From NCBI GenBank assembly GCA_030704615.1, contig CM060731.1, forward strand, positions 25,854,001-25,918,000: 64,000 nt of DNA. The letters run 5' to 3'. The translations under genes were made by a program, and so were the position numbers. The notes below the pieces were generated by a model. It was given only the letters and a program-made list of their open reading frames with translations, did not search any database and was not told where the DNA came from. Shown here piece by piece: positions 12,132 to 25,055 of this stretch. The stretch is from Takakia lepidozioides. Taxonomy: Eukaryota > Plantae > Bryophyta. Position 1 is the stretch's first letter, and each line of letters opens with the position of its first letter.

Positions 12132-15100
12132 TACTTGACAAAGCTTCTGCGTTGGATGCATACTCGGCAAGATTCATCGCGCACCCTTTTCGCTGAAGGA
12201 AGATCGGGTGTATGCAGCCACAGTTGGCGGCATCATACATGCGGATGTATGTGGACCCATGAACTAAAAGACAGTAGCTGGAGCGTCTTATTTCGTGTTG
12301 TTCAAGGATGACCACTCGCATTATCGAACCATCTACATCATCAAGCAGAAGTATGATGTTTTCTTTTGCTTAAAGGAGTTTGCTGCAACTCTGCACAGAA
12401 AAACAGGGTTCGATATACGAGTATTACGATCCGACCGTGGTGGCGAGCTCATATGCAAGGCCGTGAACAAGTTCTAGGGAGACAAGAACATCGAAGTACA
12501 GCTCACCTACCCCCATACACCGGAGCAGAATGGATCCGCTGAGAGGGAGAACAGAACCGTAGTGGAGGCAGCAAGAAGCATGATATATTTTGCGGATATT
12601 CATCTGCGATTTTGGGGCGAAGCAGTCGCTACTGCCGTGTACACATTGAACTGCACAGGTACTAGTACACTACCTGGTGTGAGGCCTTTCGAGAGCTGGC
12701 ATGGAATCAAGCCGTCAGCTGCGCACATGAAGGTTTTTGGTTCAGATGCCTACGTTCACGTGCCCAGCAAGCTTCGGAAGAAGTTAGATCCCAAAGCCAA
12801 GCCAGGCATCTTTATGGGGTATAGCAGCACGAGCAAAGCTTATCGAATCTGGAATAACGACACACAGATGATCATGGAGAGCAGAGATGTGATCTTCAAT
12901 GAGGGCTCATTGAACACAGTCGCCAGTGATCAAGACAAAAGGAAATCACAAGGCAAGCGCGATGACACCGTCCTGCTGGCTATCCAAGGTGAACCAGAGA
13001 GTGCAAGAGCAATTGTCATCTACTCCACCCCCGATCCGATATCAACTCCGGTAGATCTTCCATCTACCTCGTCAGGCAGTGACTACAGTTCACAAGATGA
13101 GCCAGAGCAATGGCAATCAGGTAGCACATCTGAATTCTGGGAGTAACGCCTACACTGATCAGCCCAACGGATCCACAGACGATACACTGGCATCGTGGGA
13201 AGATCTAACGATGGAGTCCCCTTATCTTCCAACCGTCGATCATCAGTTCCACATCAATACAGCCGCATCCCAACCTGCATTGCAATCAGTGGGAGTGCAG
13301 CGCACACATGAGATATCACCAGCTATCGTGCCAGTGGGAGTCCAGCCAGACGGTACACCACAGGCATTTGAACCAGTGGGAGCAACACCTCCACTGAGTC
13401 TATATAGCGGCAGAGAGCGAAAGCCCGTCAATAGGTATGGCGACTGGGCGTACGTGGCCACGAGCACAGCTATAGCAGAACCCAAGGAGCCACTCACAGT
13501 GCAAGAAGCACTGAATTTGCCACAGTCCAGCAATTGGAGTGGAGCGATGCAGTTTGAGTATGATGCACTCATCGAGAACAACACTTGGACGGTTTGTGAT
13601 CTCCCAGCCGGAAAAAACCTCGTCAAGAATAAGTGGGTGTTCAAGTTGAAACACAATCTGCAAGGAGGCATCGAGCGATACAAAGCAAGGCTGGTGGCGA
13701 AAGGGTTTACACAACAAGAAGGGGTTGACTATGACGAAACCTTCAGTCCTGTGGTTAAATTCAACTCGATTCGTGTTGTACTATCGATCGCTGCCGCAGA
13801 AGATCTGGAGATGACCCAGTTCGATGTCACTGCAGCTTTCCTGCATGGGGAGATTACAGAAGCAATTTACATGGCTCCTCCGATCAGCTTCGAGGATCTT
13901 TTCCCCGCAGGCAGAGTCTATAAGTTGCAGAAAGCTCTATACGGTCTAAAACAGTCCAGTAGAGTTTGGAACCAACATTTTAATGATTTTCTCACCAAGT
14001 ACAGTCTAGTCCAGACGTCTGCAGATGCGTGTGTTTACGTTAGCACCAAAAACCCTAGGCTGATCCTTATGATAATTGTAGACAATGGTATTCTGTGTAA
14101 CGTTACCACGATGGGAGTCATCACCATAATCGGATTTATGGGGAAGGCTTTAAAGATAACAACGTCCAGTCCCGAGATATATGTAGGGCTGCGGATAACA
14201 CGTGATAGGGCACGTCGCACTATACAGATTGATCAGTCTCGTTATGTCGACAAATTTCTCGCCAAATATGACTTTCTAGATGCTGCCCCCATATCTTTGC
14301 CAGCTGACCCCTATAGCACCCTTGAGTACTTCTCTACAGCCGATAATGAAGTCAATACTAGTTTTCCCTACCGTCCAGTAGTTGGTAGCATCCTGTTTGC
14401 AAGCATAGGTACCTGTCTAGATGTCAGCTTCGCGACAAGCAAGATTGCTCAGTTTGTCCAGAATCCCAAGACACCACATGTGAACGGTGCCAAGCGCCTG
14501 CTCAAGTATTTTCATGGCCACTCAGACGTCCGCATCACATACTCTGCCCCGAACGACAACACCGCCAACCAGCTGGTGGCCTACATCGATGCTGATTATG
14601 CCGGCGACTTGGATGACAGGAAGTCTAGAACGGGCTTTGTTCCCATGCTAAATGGTGGGCCCGTTGCATGGGGTAGCAAGAAGCAGGGATGCACAACAAC
14701 AAGCACCACAGAGGCCGAATACATTGCTGCATACACAACAACCAAAGAGATAGTATGGATGCGCCAGCTTCTCACCGATCTCGGCTATCCGCAGCGAGGA
14801 CCGACTGCTCTGCTATGCGACAATCAAGCCGCCATCCGTTTAGTTCGCAACCCGGAATTTCACAGCAGGACTAAGCACATCGACGTTCAATATCACAAGA
14901 TTCGAGAGGAATACATCAGGGGCACTATCCGCCTGGAGTATGTTCATACAGACAACCAGTTGGCTGATATACTAACCAAGCCACTGCAGCGTCCTCGCTT
15001 CGAACGTCTCAAGTCAATGCTTGGCCTTACAGAAGTTCGCACCGAAGAAAAAGGCACTTCATCCCGAGTGGGAGTATCAGAAATAGCTACCGCGGCTATA

Positions 15101-15478
15101 CGGCATGAAGTGCCTGCACCCACCACCGCGGGACAGCCAGGCTCAGTTTGAATCATGGCGGCTACAGGAACCCATCATGAGAGCGAGGCTCCTGCCCAGT
15201 TCCTATAAAACTAAGGCTGATGATGTAGTCTGGTCACTCTCTCTTGTCCTGTGGCTAGCTGAGCTTCATAAGCGGACTAAGTGAGTGCAGTGTGTCTCTC
15301 CAAGATGTAGAACAATGCACGTCCTTGCCTAAGGACCTTGTGAGGATCAGTGATCCTTGTTGCATTTAATATACATGCTGCTGGGTATCCCAAGTACCCT
15401 TTGTTATGTGTATTAAGAGTCTTTCCAAGTGCGTGCATACTTGGTAGTTGTCAGTGGGTACTCAAGTTGCTTGTAATA
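12132..15478 (+). mobile_element. 5'-truncated, defective Ty1/copia LTR retrotransposon (integrase-RT-RNase H, PPT, 3' LTR)
   Basis: CVGCILGKIHR, IHADVCGP, LRSDRGGE, PEQNGSAER, YDETFSPV, LYGLKQ, DADYAGD, CDNQAA, KHIDVQYH, ADILTK. There is a stop at about 12475, a frameshift near 13100, and YVDD is degraded to IVDN. PPT gagtgggag at 15066-15074. Confidence 0.95.
15075..15478 (+). repeat. Putative 3' LTR of copia element (TAT...ATA ends)
   Basis: Starts directly after the PPT (tatcagaaat), has a TATA-like cctataaaa near 15202, and ends ...ttgtaata where homology to duplication unit 1 resumes. Confidence 0.6.
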
Positions 15479-18400
15479 ATAATTTGACTGTGCTGACTCA
15501 TTCTCAACTTACCTTTAGCAGACTACACGTTGGCTGGAGGATTCGGAGTCCCGCAGGTATGGCCCACAGGAGCGACAGGTTGACGTATTGGATGCAAACA
15601 CAAGTTGCAGAATCAAGGCTGCTTCTTTGCCCCATCCGGCAATGTATACTGCAGTGCAGCAGCAGCGTTAACACCTGTATTCGAGAGTGTGGTCCCTACC
15701 TCTTGTCTGTAGAAACTGTTTTCAGCGGTGGTCAACAGGGATTGGAAGCTGTTTCAGGAGACGAACCCAATATCTGCAACCCCTCTCGAGCTTCTCAACT
15801 GGGTATTCATCACCTAGGTTGACCCCTAGCTAACTTTGAAGACCCTGTCTATATCGCAGTGTTGAGCCGGAGTTATAGACTAGTAGAGTGTCTTCTTGAG
15901 AGCGCTAGACTAGTATGTGCCGATCCTCAACAGGGCCGACGACTTGCTCGCAAATTTATTCAATAGAAGCTCAATATCAACTTAAACCAGTTGATCTACA
16001 GGTGCTGAATTTATACAGGTCTTGCTTCAGACAGGACCATCGAACTGAGAGCCATGGGGTTTTATAGGAGAGGCACCGCTGTATATGTGGCAAGTCTTTT
16101 AGTATACAGTTTCTTCTTCGCTTCGGCCCAGGTAAGCTGCGACAGCCACTCTTCCTCTGGATGTTATGGCAATGTCCTGCCACTAAGGTCGCGCCGCCGC
16201 TCGGTCTTTTTCCAGATCTTCTATTTAGACCACGGTCATGCCATTTTAGTGATTCGATTGTCTTTCCTTCATGCCTGAAATTACTCGTTCCCCTCCAAAC
16301 CTCTTCATCTTCTGAACTCCCCCAACCAGAGTGTGACAGAGGTACGATTTCTGTCTTGGAGCGAGTGATGTGTCAATGTGAAGCCCAATACGTCGAGCTA
16401 CAAGTCCTGTACTGTTTGCAATCAGAAGTCGTTTTACTGTGGTACGCCCACGACGGAAACGAAATTTGACAGTCTGACCAACAGCATCGAATGTGTTCTC
16501 ACTTTTACATGAGCTTCTCTTTCACTTGGACGGATACACTTCATTTTTGAAGTGCTTAAAACTGAGCCTCGTCGGCCGGTGGGTCTGACCTCCCTTGCAG
16601 GCGAATCCAGTCTCACGGAAGCTTGCAGGCACAAGTCTCGCTGGGTGCCTTGCAACGGGGAAAGCGAGAACTGCATTTCCAGGCAGCCAAGCTTATACAA
16701 ATGCAAGAACGGTATTCAATCTCCGAAATAAATACATGCCAGCAGCATTTGTCTTTCCAACCACCATTGCGCAGGTCCAGAATGCCATCCAATGTTCCAT
16801 ACAGTTGAACATTGGCATTGCTCCTCGTGGAGGAGGTCACTCCTATGAAGATTACTCACTTGGTACGTCATTGGAACTCTCTATCTCTCAAGCGCCCTCT
16901 GCTGCAGGCCTCCCCCTCTTTCTCACATGAAGACAGAATTCAAGAAAGGAACATGCGGTTTAACGGGACATACAGTATGAGTGACTTTTTTCGTGTTTGA
17001 GGCCCCCATTGAGGGAGTGTCAGTAACCCATACATGTCTACTGACCATTGAGGTATAATGTGGCGTACTCAAGTAATGTTTTGTAATTTACGACTGTATC
17101 TTTACTTCCAACAGGTGGACGTGATGGCGTTCTTGTGGTCGATATGACCGGCTTTACATCAATCAGATACAACCAGGCGGCTCAGACCGCTACGGTTGGA
17201 TCAGGCTGGAGGCTAGGACCCTTGTATTTGGCTCTCTGGAATCTCGGGAAGGTAACGGTGCCTGCAGGTAACTGTGTGAGCGTGGGCTTGGGCGGCCATG
17301 CTCTAGGTGGTGGATGGGGTTACTTTTCAAGAAAGTTTGGGCTTGTCACAGACAACATCGTGGAAGCGCAGCTGGTCACAGCCAACGGAACCATTGTGAC
17401 CGCCAATGCAAATCAGAATGCCGACTTGTATTTCGCTTTGAGAGGCGCTGGCGCTAACTCCTACGGTAAGCAATGTTAATTCAGCGATCATCTGATGTAA
17501 GAAACAAACCTTCTGATCATCCCACTAGACCAATTGGACATAGACACTCGCTTGTACTGACCCAGGACTACTCATTGATCTCTGCGAAGTGACCCAGCAG
17601 ATGTTTGATCGCCTGATATGCTAGACACACTATATCACGAGCAAAACCTGACTGACAACATGTGCTACAATTGGTCTTGCATTTCGTTTCATGTGCAGGA
17701 ATTGTGACACAGTTTACATTGAAAGTGCACGACGTGTCGAGTCCAATGACCCACTTCAGATACAACTTCGTAAAAAGTCAACAGGCCCAGGTCCTCAAAG
17801 CATTCCAGATTTGGGGGCTAACGGCGATTTCCCAAGTCTCAGCCTCTCTCTATCTCGACCCCTCTGGTGGAACAAACCTTGCGGGTGTTTATCTGGGCCC
17901 ATCAACGGGTTTGGCTGCTGTAACTCAAAATTTCTTGGCCAGCGCCCCGACCCCTGCGACTACGAGTATCACCCAGACGGATTTCATCAAAACCATCCTC
18001 TACAATGTTGGTTTTTCAGAGACGGCAGACCCCAGCGTGCTTAATCTAAAAGGTTATACCCTCCCAACCAGTCTTCAAAGCCAAGTCCATATTCGTGCAA
18101 GAGCCAGGTTTGTCCGATGCGGGTATCAGCGCTCTAGTGAACGCCTTGCAAGCTGGCCCTGCTGACAGCTACTTCATATTTGACCTTTACGGGTCGTTAT
18201 CTGTAATCAATCAAGTCGCTCCCAACGCAACGGCTTTCGTCCACCGCAGCTCTCTATACAGTATTCAAATGTTTACATACTGGGGAAACAATCCTTCAGA
18301 GTCAAACTCTGATACTACTTTCATCGACAACTTCTGGAACACTGTCCGTCCCTATGCCACAGCAGAAGCTTACCAGAACTACATCGACAAAGACATGCTA

Positions 18401-20596
18401 CTCAGTGCCTACTATGGCTCAAACCTCAACACTCTCATTGCAGACAAGAAGAAGTGGGATCCTAATAATATCTTCAACTTCCCCCAGAGTATCCCTCTTA
18501 GCTAATTTGGACTAGTTTGGCTCTTAGCAATTTGTGAAATACCAGGTTGGGAGAGAAAGCGCAAGATTTGCGGAACGTTGCTACTCGAGACATGTAAATG
18601 ATCTGAAGGCGGATGAATCTGTTACAATGAGGTTACAATCAAACACCTAAGGCGCATTACTACCAATCCCTGAAGCTATTTGCTGATCCTTTGCAAGTAC
18701 ATTGTATATTGCCACATCACTGATCTTGCCAAGCAGTAATTTTTCGCACTAGGGGATGATGACATGTCTCGAACTAGATCCACATCTGACCACGGTCTCA
18801 TCACGATTCTCACATCAATTATAAACAAGCGCAATCGGCAGTGATTCACTCCTCTGAACACATACCATAAAGACAAATGCATTACTGTTGCTGCGAAGTT
18901 GTGAAGTAATGAGCTGCCCTCGTCAGTCTGCACTTACGCTTTGGGTCCTCCTTTCTGACATCTGCCTTTTGTAGCGGGGTCTGCAGCTGGTCCTTTTCGT
19001 CGTTGAGTGTCGGTCAGTACAAAAAAGAGCTACAAAAGCTTTTTCCCTTCAATAATCATCCTGTCTCTCTGGCGGCATTTATAATTCTCAGCAAATTATT
19101 GAAAAGAAAACGAAGTATAGTTACCCACTTGAGACTCAGGGGTCCTACTAATAAATTATAATATACCCTGCTCGTAAGTTCATAATATAAGTTCATATAC
19201 CCTGGTTAGTAAGTTCATAATAGACAAGTTTAGTTCACAATCCCTAAAGTCGGAAGCAGGCTGATGGGCAGTTTTCTGGTGATGGAATTGGGATCAGAAA
19301 CTAGCTTGAAAGAATTGATGAAGCTAGAGATAGTTTGGATTGAGCTCTGGTGGGGTGTCGGGAGGATCTGGTACCAATACCTGAAGTGAGCTTCAGTGAT
19401 TTTATTATCTGTTGGATTGATGTTAGGGATGTTCGTTCTTACACGTTGTTGATCTTCTAACGTTTCAATGGACGTGTGGAGTTTTGTCGATCACTTCACT
19501 GGGTAGTTGAGAGATTCAGCCAGATAGGAAAAGGGGCTGTGCGCAGAAGTGTATTCTCTGTAAATGGCTGGAAAGGCTTATGGCCTTGTGGACTGTGCAG
19601 AGAGTACATTGTTACATATTACCGTTGCTCTCTTTCTTCCTCTCTCATGATTCTTTAATGTCAGTATGATGAGTTCGGACCGTAAAGCTAGGTTAGGAGC
19701 GTAAAAGTTGATAAACTTAAAAGCTTGTTTAATGTCAAGCATTTGAGAGTCTCTCTAGATTGAAATGGGCTCAATGAGAGCTTGGATTTCAAACGTTAGG
19801 TAAAATGATTAGCGCTGGTGGCTGCATATAATGAAGCAGAAATATTGGCATGGAACATGCATGTACCGAACTCATCGTAACAAAATTTATGGAATTTGTA
19901 GATACATCACCGCACACTGTCTGCTGCTGTCACTCAACGACAAGTGAGAATACACCACCAGGATCAAATCTTGTTGGTGATCTTCAGTAATCATCTTACA
20001 CCAGGCAAACCTAGCTAAACGTTCATTATAAGAATTTGACCATAACTCATGCAAGCTACGCCTAGCATTATCAAAAATATATACAGCGTAGAAATACCTC
20101 ATGATGATCATCAAAACTTCATGCTCGAAACGGAGGAGAAAAGGCTCCCAGTTAAACTTGAGCGCTCAGATCAGGCCGAGATCAGGCCGCTTGCAGAAAG
20201 GAACAGATGACTAGTAGAGGGGGCGGCTAATTCTCGAACTCAGTCTATCCGCCACCACCTCCCCACCACTCCTGTTGGGCTCCTGTTTCGTTGGCACCCA
20301 CGGGAATTGGCTGGTTATTTTGGCTGGCTTGGGCCTGGAGTCTCTCTCTAGATCTAGAGATAAAATACTCCGTGGCTCATGCCAACCGTCTGCAGCGTGG
20401 CGGGGGTGCCTCTTGTGGAATGGACCCCCCTGGACGAGTTGTCCATTAGGAAGCAATACTTAGTAGCGCATAACGCAATATGGTACTTGGAACTCTGGTC
20501 CGACAGAGGCCATTGGATCATTGGACAGTCCCATAACACCTCGCCTTAAATGCTTTCTCAGAAAATCAGAGGAAACAGGGAAAGAAGGCCGGCTCT
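15478..20596 (+). repeat. Segmental duplication, unit 2
   Basis: Colinear with 6858-12131, with scattered indels outside the exons. Confidence 0.95.
16054..18505 (+). pseudogene. BBE-like oxidase paralog with frameshift; exons 16054-16131, 16601-16862, 17115-17465, 17699-18505
   Basis: Same exon structure as copy 1. ccaaccACagtcttc in copy 1 reads ccaaccagtcttc near 18070 (2-bp loss), which splits exon 4 into ORFs 17662..18165 and 18095..18505. Confidence 0.88.
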
Positions 20597-21290
20597 CACA
20601 GACTGCATGATTCCTAAAGATGATAGGGATTGAGAGATGAGCCACAGTTCCGATATGTTGTAGATCGTTTGGAGGAGATCGCTCGAGATCACATCATCGC
20701 TACTCCACAATCCACATGGTTTTAAATTTCGCGGAGTTAGAGCTCCGCCGAGAGGGACCTGCTCTACTCCACCGTTGGAATGAGATATCCTTATTGGAAT
20801 AACTTATTGCAATAAGATATCCTTATCGATATATTAAGTTTGGTAGTTTGTTGGCTCCTCCCCTCAAGAGAAGACCACGCATCAATGTTGAAAAGATGGA
20901 TGATCGTGATATACCTTCACCAAAAAGACATTGCAAAAAAACATTTAGACCGGATTGGAAAAGAAAGAATCTAGGGGTTGTGCCAGCATTTTTTTTGTTT
21001 TTTTTGGGTGCACTGTCTGTTTTGTAAGCCAGAATCCACCGTGTCACGAATATATGTAGATGAACAGAATGTACAGCTCTGCAGAGTCCAACACGGCAAA
21101 AAGAAAATAGATGATCGTCCACCGCCCACTCGAGGTTCAGTGCGACGGAAAAAGAAGACAGGAATGATAACCCAATGCAAACACGAAGGGAAAAAAACGT
21201 AAATAATTTTTTTTTATCTTAAAACAAAAGACCGGAAATGACCTCAACATTTAGTCCATGGATGGAAAGTGGTTCGCAAGAAGGAAACCT

Positions 21291-24200
21291 TCAGGTATCT
21301 GGCTGAAGGTTAGCCACCTCCAAATTCGCACGCGCCTTCACTGATTCCACCGCTGTAATTCTCTTGGTGCTATTTCTTGTCGTATTTTTTCGTGGCGGCA
21401 TTGTCCACACGACATTGTTCACGTGGATCCACTGAGCAGGATCTGACGGGTTGTACTCCTAAACTTTTGACCAACAGTCCCTGTACCTCTCAACGTCTGA
21501 GGGGTTACCTCCTTTCTTCGGTCTCCACCACTCCACCTTCACTTTCTTAAAATTAGGATCTTCCCTTTCTCGGATGACATTTGAAATTGCCATTCCCATC
21601 CAGACCGGGCACGTCGTTGGGTCATGAGGGCGAACGAGCACAAAAAATCCTTTCTCAATATCCTTGAACGGATTCAAGGGTATCCTTGGACGCTCGCACC
21701 TAGGGCCACAGTAAGGTTCTGGAACTTCATCCTCATCTTCCATATCTTCCAGTATCTGTGGCTGGATGCCATCCCTCCAATGGTTTGACGACCAATTTAT
21801 TTTCGGCCAAAATCCCTCAAGAAGCTGAATACGATCCGGAATATCCTACATTGGCTTATCAAGTTCGGCGAGAATATTTCCTCAGTATTCGTCATATTGT
21901 TCCATCACACCCCGGTAATGATCGTCAAGCAACATTCTTTTGGTCCAAAAATCTCTGTATTTCTTAATACCATTTTTTATGAATGACTGTTTTTCTGAGG
22001 AGTCGTCCCCGACTCCCCATATCGGTCTTCTTGGGACGACATCTTGGTCTCATTCAGGGAGATTTGGAGTCCCATCAGGGTTGGACTTCCACATCTTAAC
22101 GCTGGAGTTTGTAGGAAGCCACTCCGAATCAGTAGCCGACTTCTTGTACTTCATAACGGGCCAGCCATCCGCATCCTTAAAAAACCGAAAGACGTGCATC
22201 TCTGAGATCCCGACCAAAGCCTCATTTCCATCATGAATACAACCCTTAACAAACTTCTTGAAGTCGAGAACCTCCTGAATGATTTGAGGAATGAATTGCA
22301 TATCTTGGGAGATCATGAATAACATCATCAAATCCGGAAGAATGTAGGTGTCGCGTTCCTTTAGCTTCTTCGAGAGATAGCTAAAGAATCCGTCAATATC
22401 CTCATGGGTGTGCCCGACCATGAGAAAACCAAGCTGGATCTCTTCAAAAACATCTTTGGCAGTGAAGAGGGATAGGAAAGCAAGCATCCATCTGTTCTTA
22501 TTGTCCTTGGAGGAGTTGTCCATCTGCAAATAAAGTCGTCTAGGAAGTGGTCGAGCACCAGTTTATCGTGTGGCCTGCAGGGTTTCAGAGCCTCCAAACA
22601 TCTCGATTTACCTCTCATGAGCGTTTCAAAAAAATCATTTTGAACTTCAGTGTCGAAAATGTTCCTGGATTCCCGGCATGTCGGCTTTTCCAGTTGGCAC
22701 AGGCACCGAGCCAGCGACCCAATTGTGAAGTTTGAATTGTCTTTCCAGAACTCAAGGGAAAATTGAGCGTAAGCTCCATCACCGTGTCCGTGCGTAACCA
22801 TTCATGTCAATGAGACAGGCAACTGACCCAATCCCGAGACCATCTTATTCGTCGTATGTAGCCTCGGAATATCCGTTTTCCTATGATCCATCTTATCGTG
22901 AATAATATACAGGAACTCCTCCGGAATCATAACGGACTCATTCCTCCAGCTATGGTACAACCTTCTGCATAACTCTTGATGCCTCAAGTGCAAATCAAGC
23001 GCCGCTTATGTGCGACCTGTTCGGAACTCCTCTTAATTGACTTCTTGATCAAGTCCTTCAACATCTCGCATTCTGTGCACTTAGCAAAGGTGCTTCCTGT
23101 TTTCCGAACCTCCACGTTAGGAAATATTTGATTCCGTATATGGCTTATAACTGGTTGCGAGACTCCTTTCAAACCGAGCAATATGTTCGTCTGCACCCCA
23201 ACTCCCCAATAATGTCAACGTCCACTGGGCAGTGGAGGTTCTACAAAGTGGAAGAACAAGAAAGCATGATGGCATCAAAAAGAATAAAATCAGCCACAGT
23301 ATTTTGAAAAAGAAAAAAGGGACAACGAATAAAAGTCACCTCGTTGGACTCCTCTCGAATTCTCTTCCAGTTCATTTTGGGTGGCAAAATTCTCAAAGTA
23401 TCCCGACGTCCCTCTCCAATGCAACGTGTTTTGTGAGGCATAAGGTCAGTATTGGCATTGATAATGGACATAATGTTCCCCTCTGCCTGGAGTGTCCCTA
23501 GTCGAGGCCGCTTGACACCACGATTTCCGTGGAAAGATGACAAACAGCCATCTATACTGAGCTTTTTGTACTCCATGTACGTTGACCTTCCAATTCCGTG
23601 TATTATCCACCATGCTTTCTCACAAACATCAACACCTTCTATCGTAACACACGACCTGCGCGATGACCCATCCATAATGTGAAGTCGTTTTGAAACATTC
23701 AATCCAAGTTCTCTCCTCTCATCGATTGACGAACCCCAAAATGCAGTACGTATTGCCAAGGTTTTTCTCCAATCAAAATACTGGCAGCACTGAAGCTTGC
23801 AGCAAGGTTTGCTGCTCACCGACCTCACTTCATCCAAAGTAAGATTTTTCTAGCATTTTTTTGAGTCCTCCATATTGGATAGATTCTTCTTCCTAGTAAA
23901 ATGTCTGTATGCTGCTTTCTTTACGCCTGTACCATGGTCGTCATTTTCCATGTCACTGCATGATCGTAGGAAATTTTCAAGATCAACGGAGAGTATCCGG
24001 CCATTTTCAAGAAGTTTTGTTTTTGTTAACGGCCATTTCACAATGGACATCAGATAACCGGATTCTCCAGAGATTATTCTGGTGACCAGAACCCCAACAT
24101 CGTCCTATCCGAGTTTGTCATTTAGAATGATCTCGTTAGGAATGCATGCCTGAATTCGGCCTTCGAACAGGGCGTTTCCGTCCTCCCCAAGAAGAAGACA

Positions 24201-24629
24201 CTGCAAGTTTCTCCAACAATCTCTCCCTAGACCTATAGGCAGATCCCCTTCAGTCTCACTGTTGGACGGAATTTCATTGCTTTCAATGCTTTGTCCTTGA
24301 TAATCACTATCTTCTATGATGGAATGACATCCTGGGTTTCTCTGGGATGTTGAATCCACAGTTTCATGCGTGCGAACACATGATACGTCCCACACAACTG
24401 GAGTCCCAATCGCCTCCTTCAATGTGTCAGCATCCATGCGTTGATAAGGCAGAGGACAGGAGCCGAACGTGTCATCACAAAAGATCAGGGTAACTGAAAT
24501 GGTGGACGAACACAAGTGGTGTCCGTGGCAAGTTCCTTCCCCAGAAACATTCAGGCAATCTCCTGAGGCAACAACTGAAGGAGATCCAGGAAGCGACAGA
24601 AACACCCTTTGGCCTACTTGGAACCCCAT
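21291..24629 (-). mobile_element. Disrupted DDE transposase gene of the DUF7869 / Sola-like type with extra N- and C-terminal domains
   Basis: CCKLQCC, VCEKAWWIIHG, HGNRG, FAKCTEC, IIHDKMD, QMDNSSKDNKN, FLMVGHTHEDIDGFFS. N-terminal VASG..CHGHHL..LPY..TLKEAIGTPVVWD (Tnp1-like domain) and C-terminal GFFVLVRP..PVWMG..VKVEWW. GT-AG intron at 23339-23191. Several stops and frameshifts. Confidence 0.8.
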
Positions 24630-25055
24630 GAAGTTAGTAACCTCCACTGGGTAGTGGAGGTTCAGTAAAATCCTATTATAGGACGGAAGATTAACTGAAG
24701 GAAAGAACGTCGTGCCACCGAAAGGAGAAACTTTAAGTATAACTTTTTCGACGATTTTGAATGAGAAAAACAATATGGTTTGAAAAAGTAAAATCAATGT
24801 TTGGATCTACACTGGGACTAATGAAAAACAATTGGAATTAAATTGGAGTATGATGGCGGAGTATAGACTACATCTATCTGAACTGTCAGATGAAGTCACA
24901 AATGCCAACCTCAACTGGACAGTGGAGGTTGGATAATATTTGTTGATGAAATCAACCACATGGATGAACAATGGATAATGAAGAAGCCCTCTGTAGATGA
25001 AAATTTGATTCTATGGATGGATGAATATTAATGTGGCGACTGCCCAGTGGAGGTT
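23217..25055. repeat. Four copies of the 24-bp palindrome AACCTCCACTG-NN-CAGTGGAGGTT (23217, 24639, 24907, 25032)
   Basis: Read directly: aacgtccactgggcagtggaggtt; aacctccactgggtagtggaggtt; aacctcaactggacagtggaggtt; ..gactgcccagtggaggtt (left arm decayed). Confidence 0.92.

Noticed and set aside
13243-15156. Antisense ORFs over copia pol (and similar shadow ORFs over the BBE, PPR and NIF regions)
   Set aside because: Explained as opposite-strand shadows of real coding frames.
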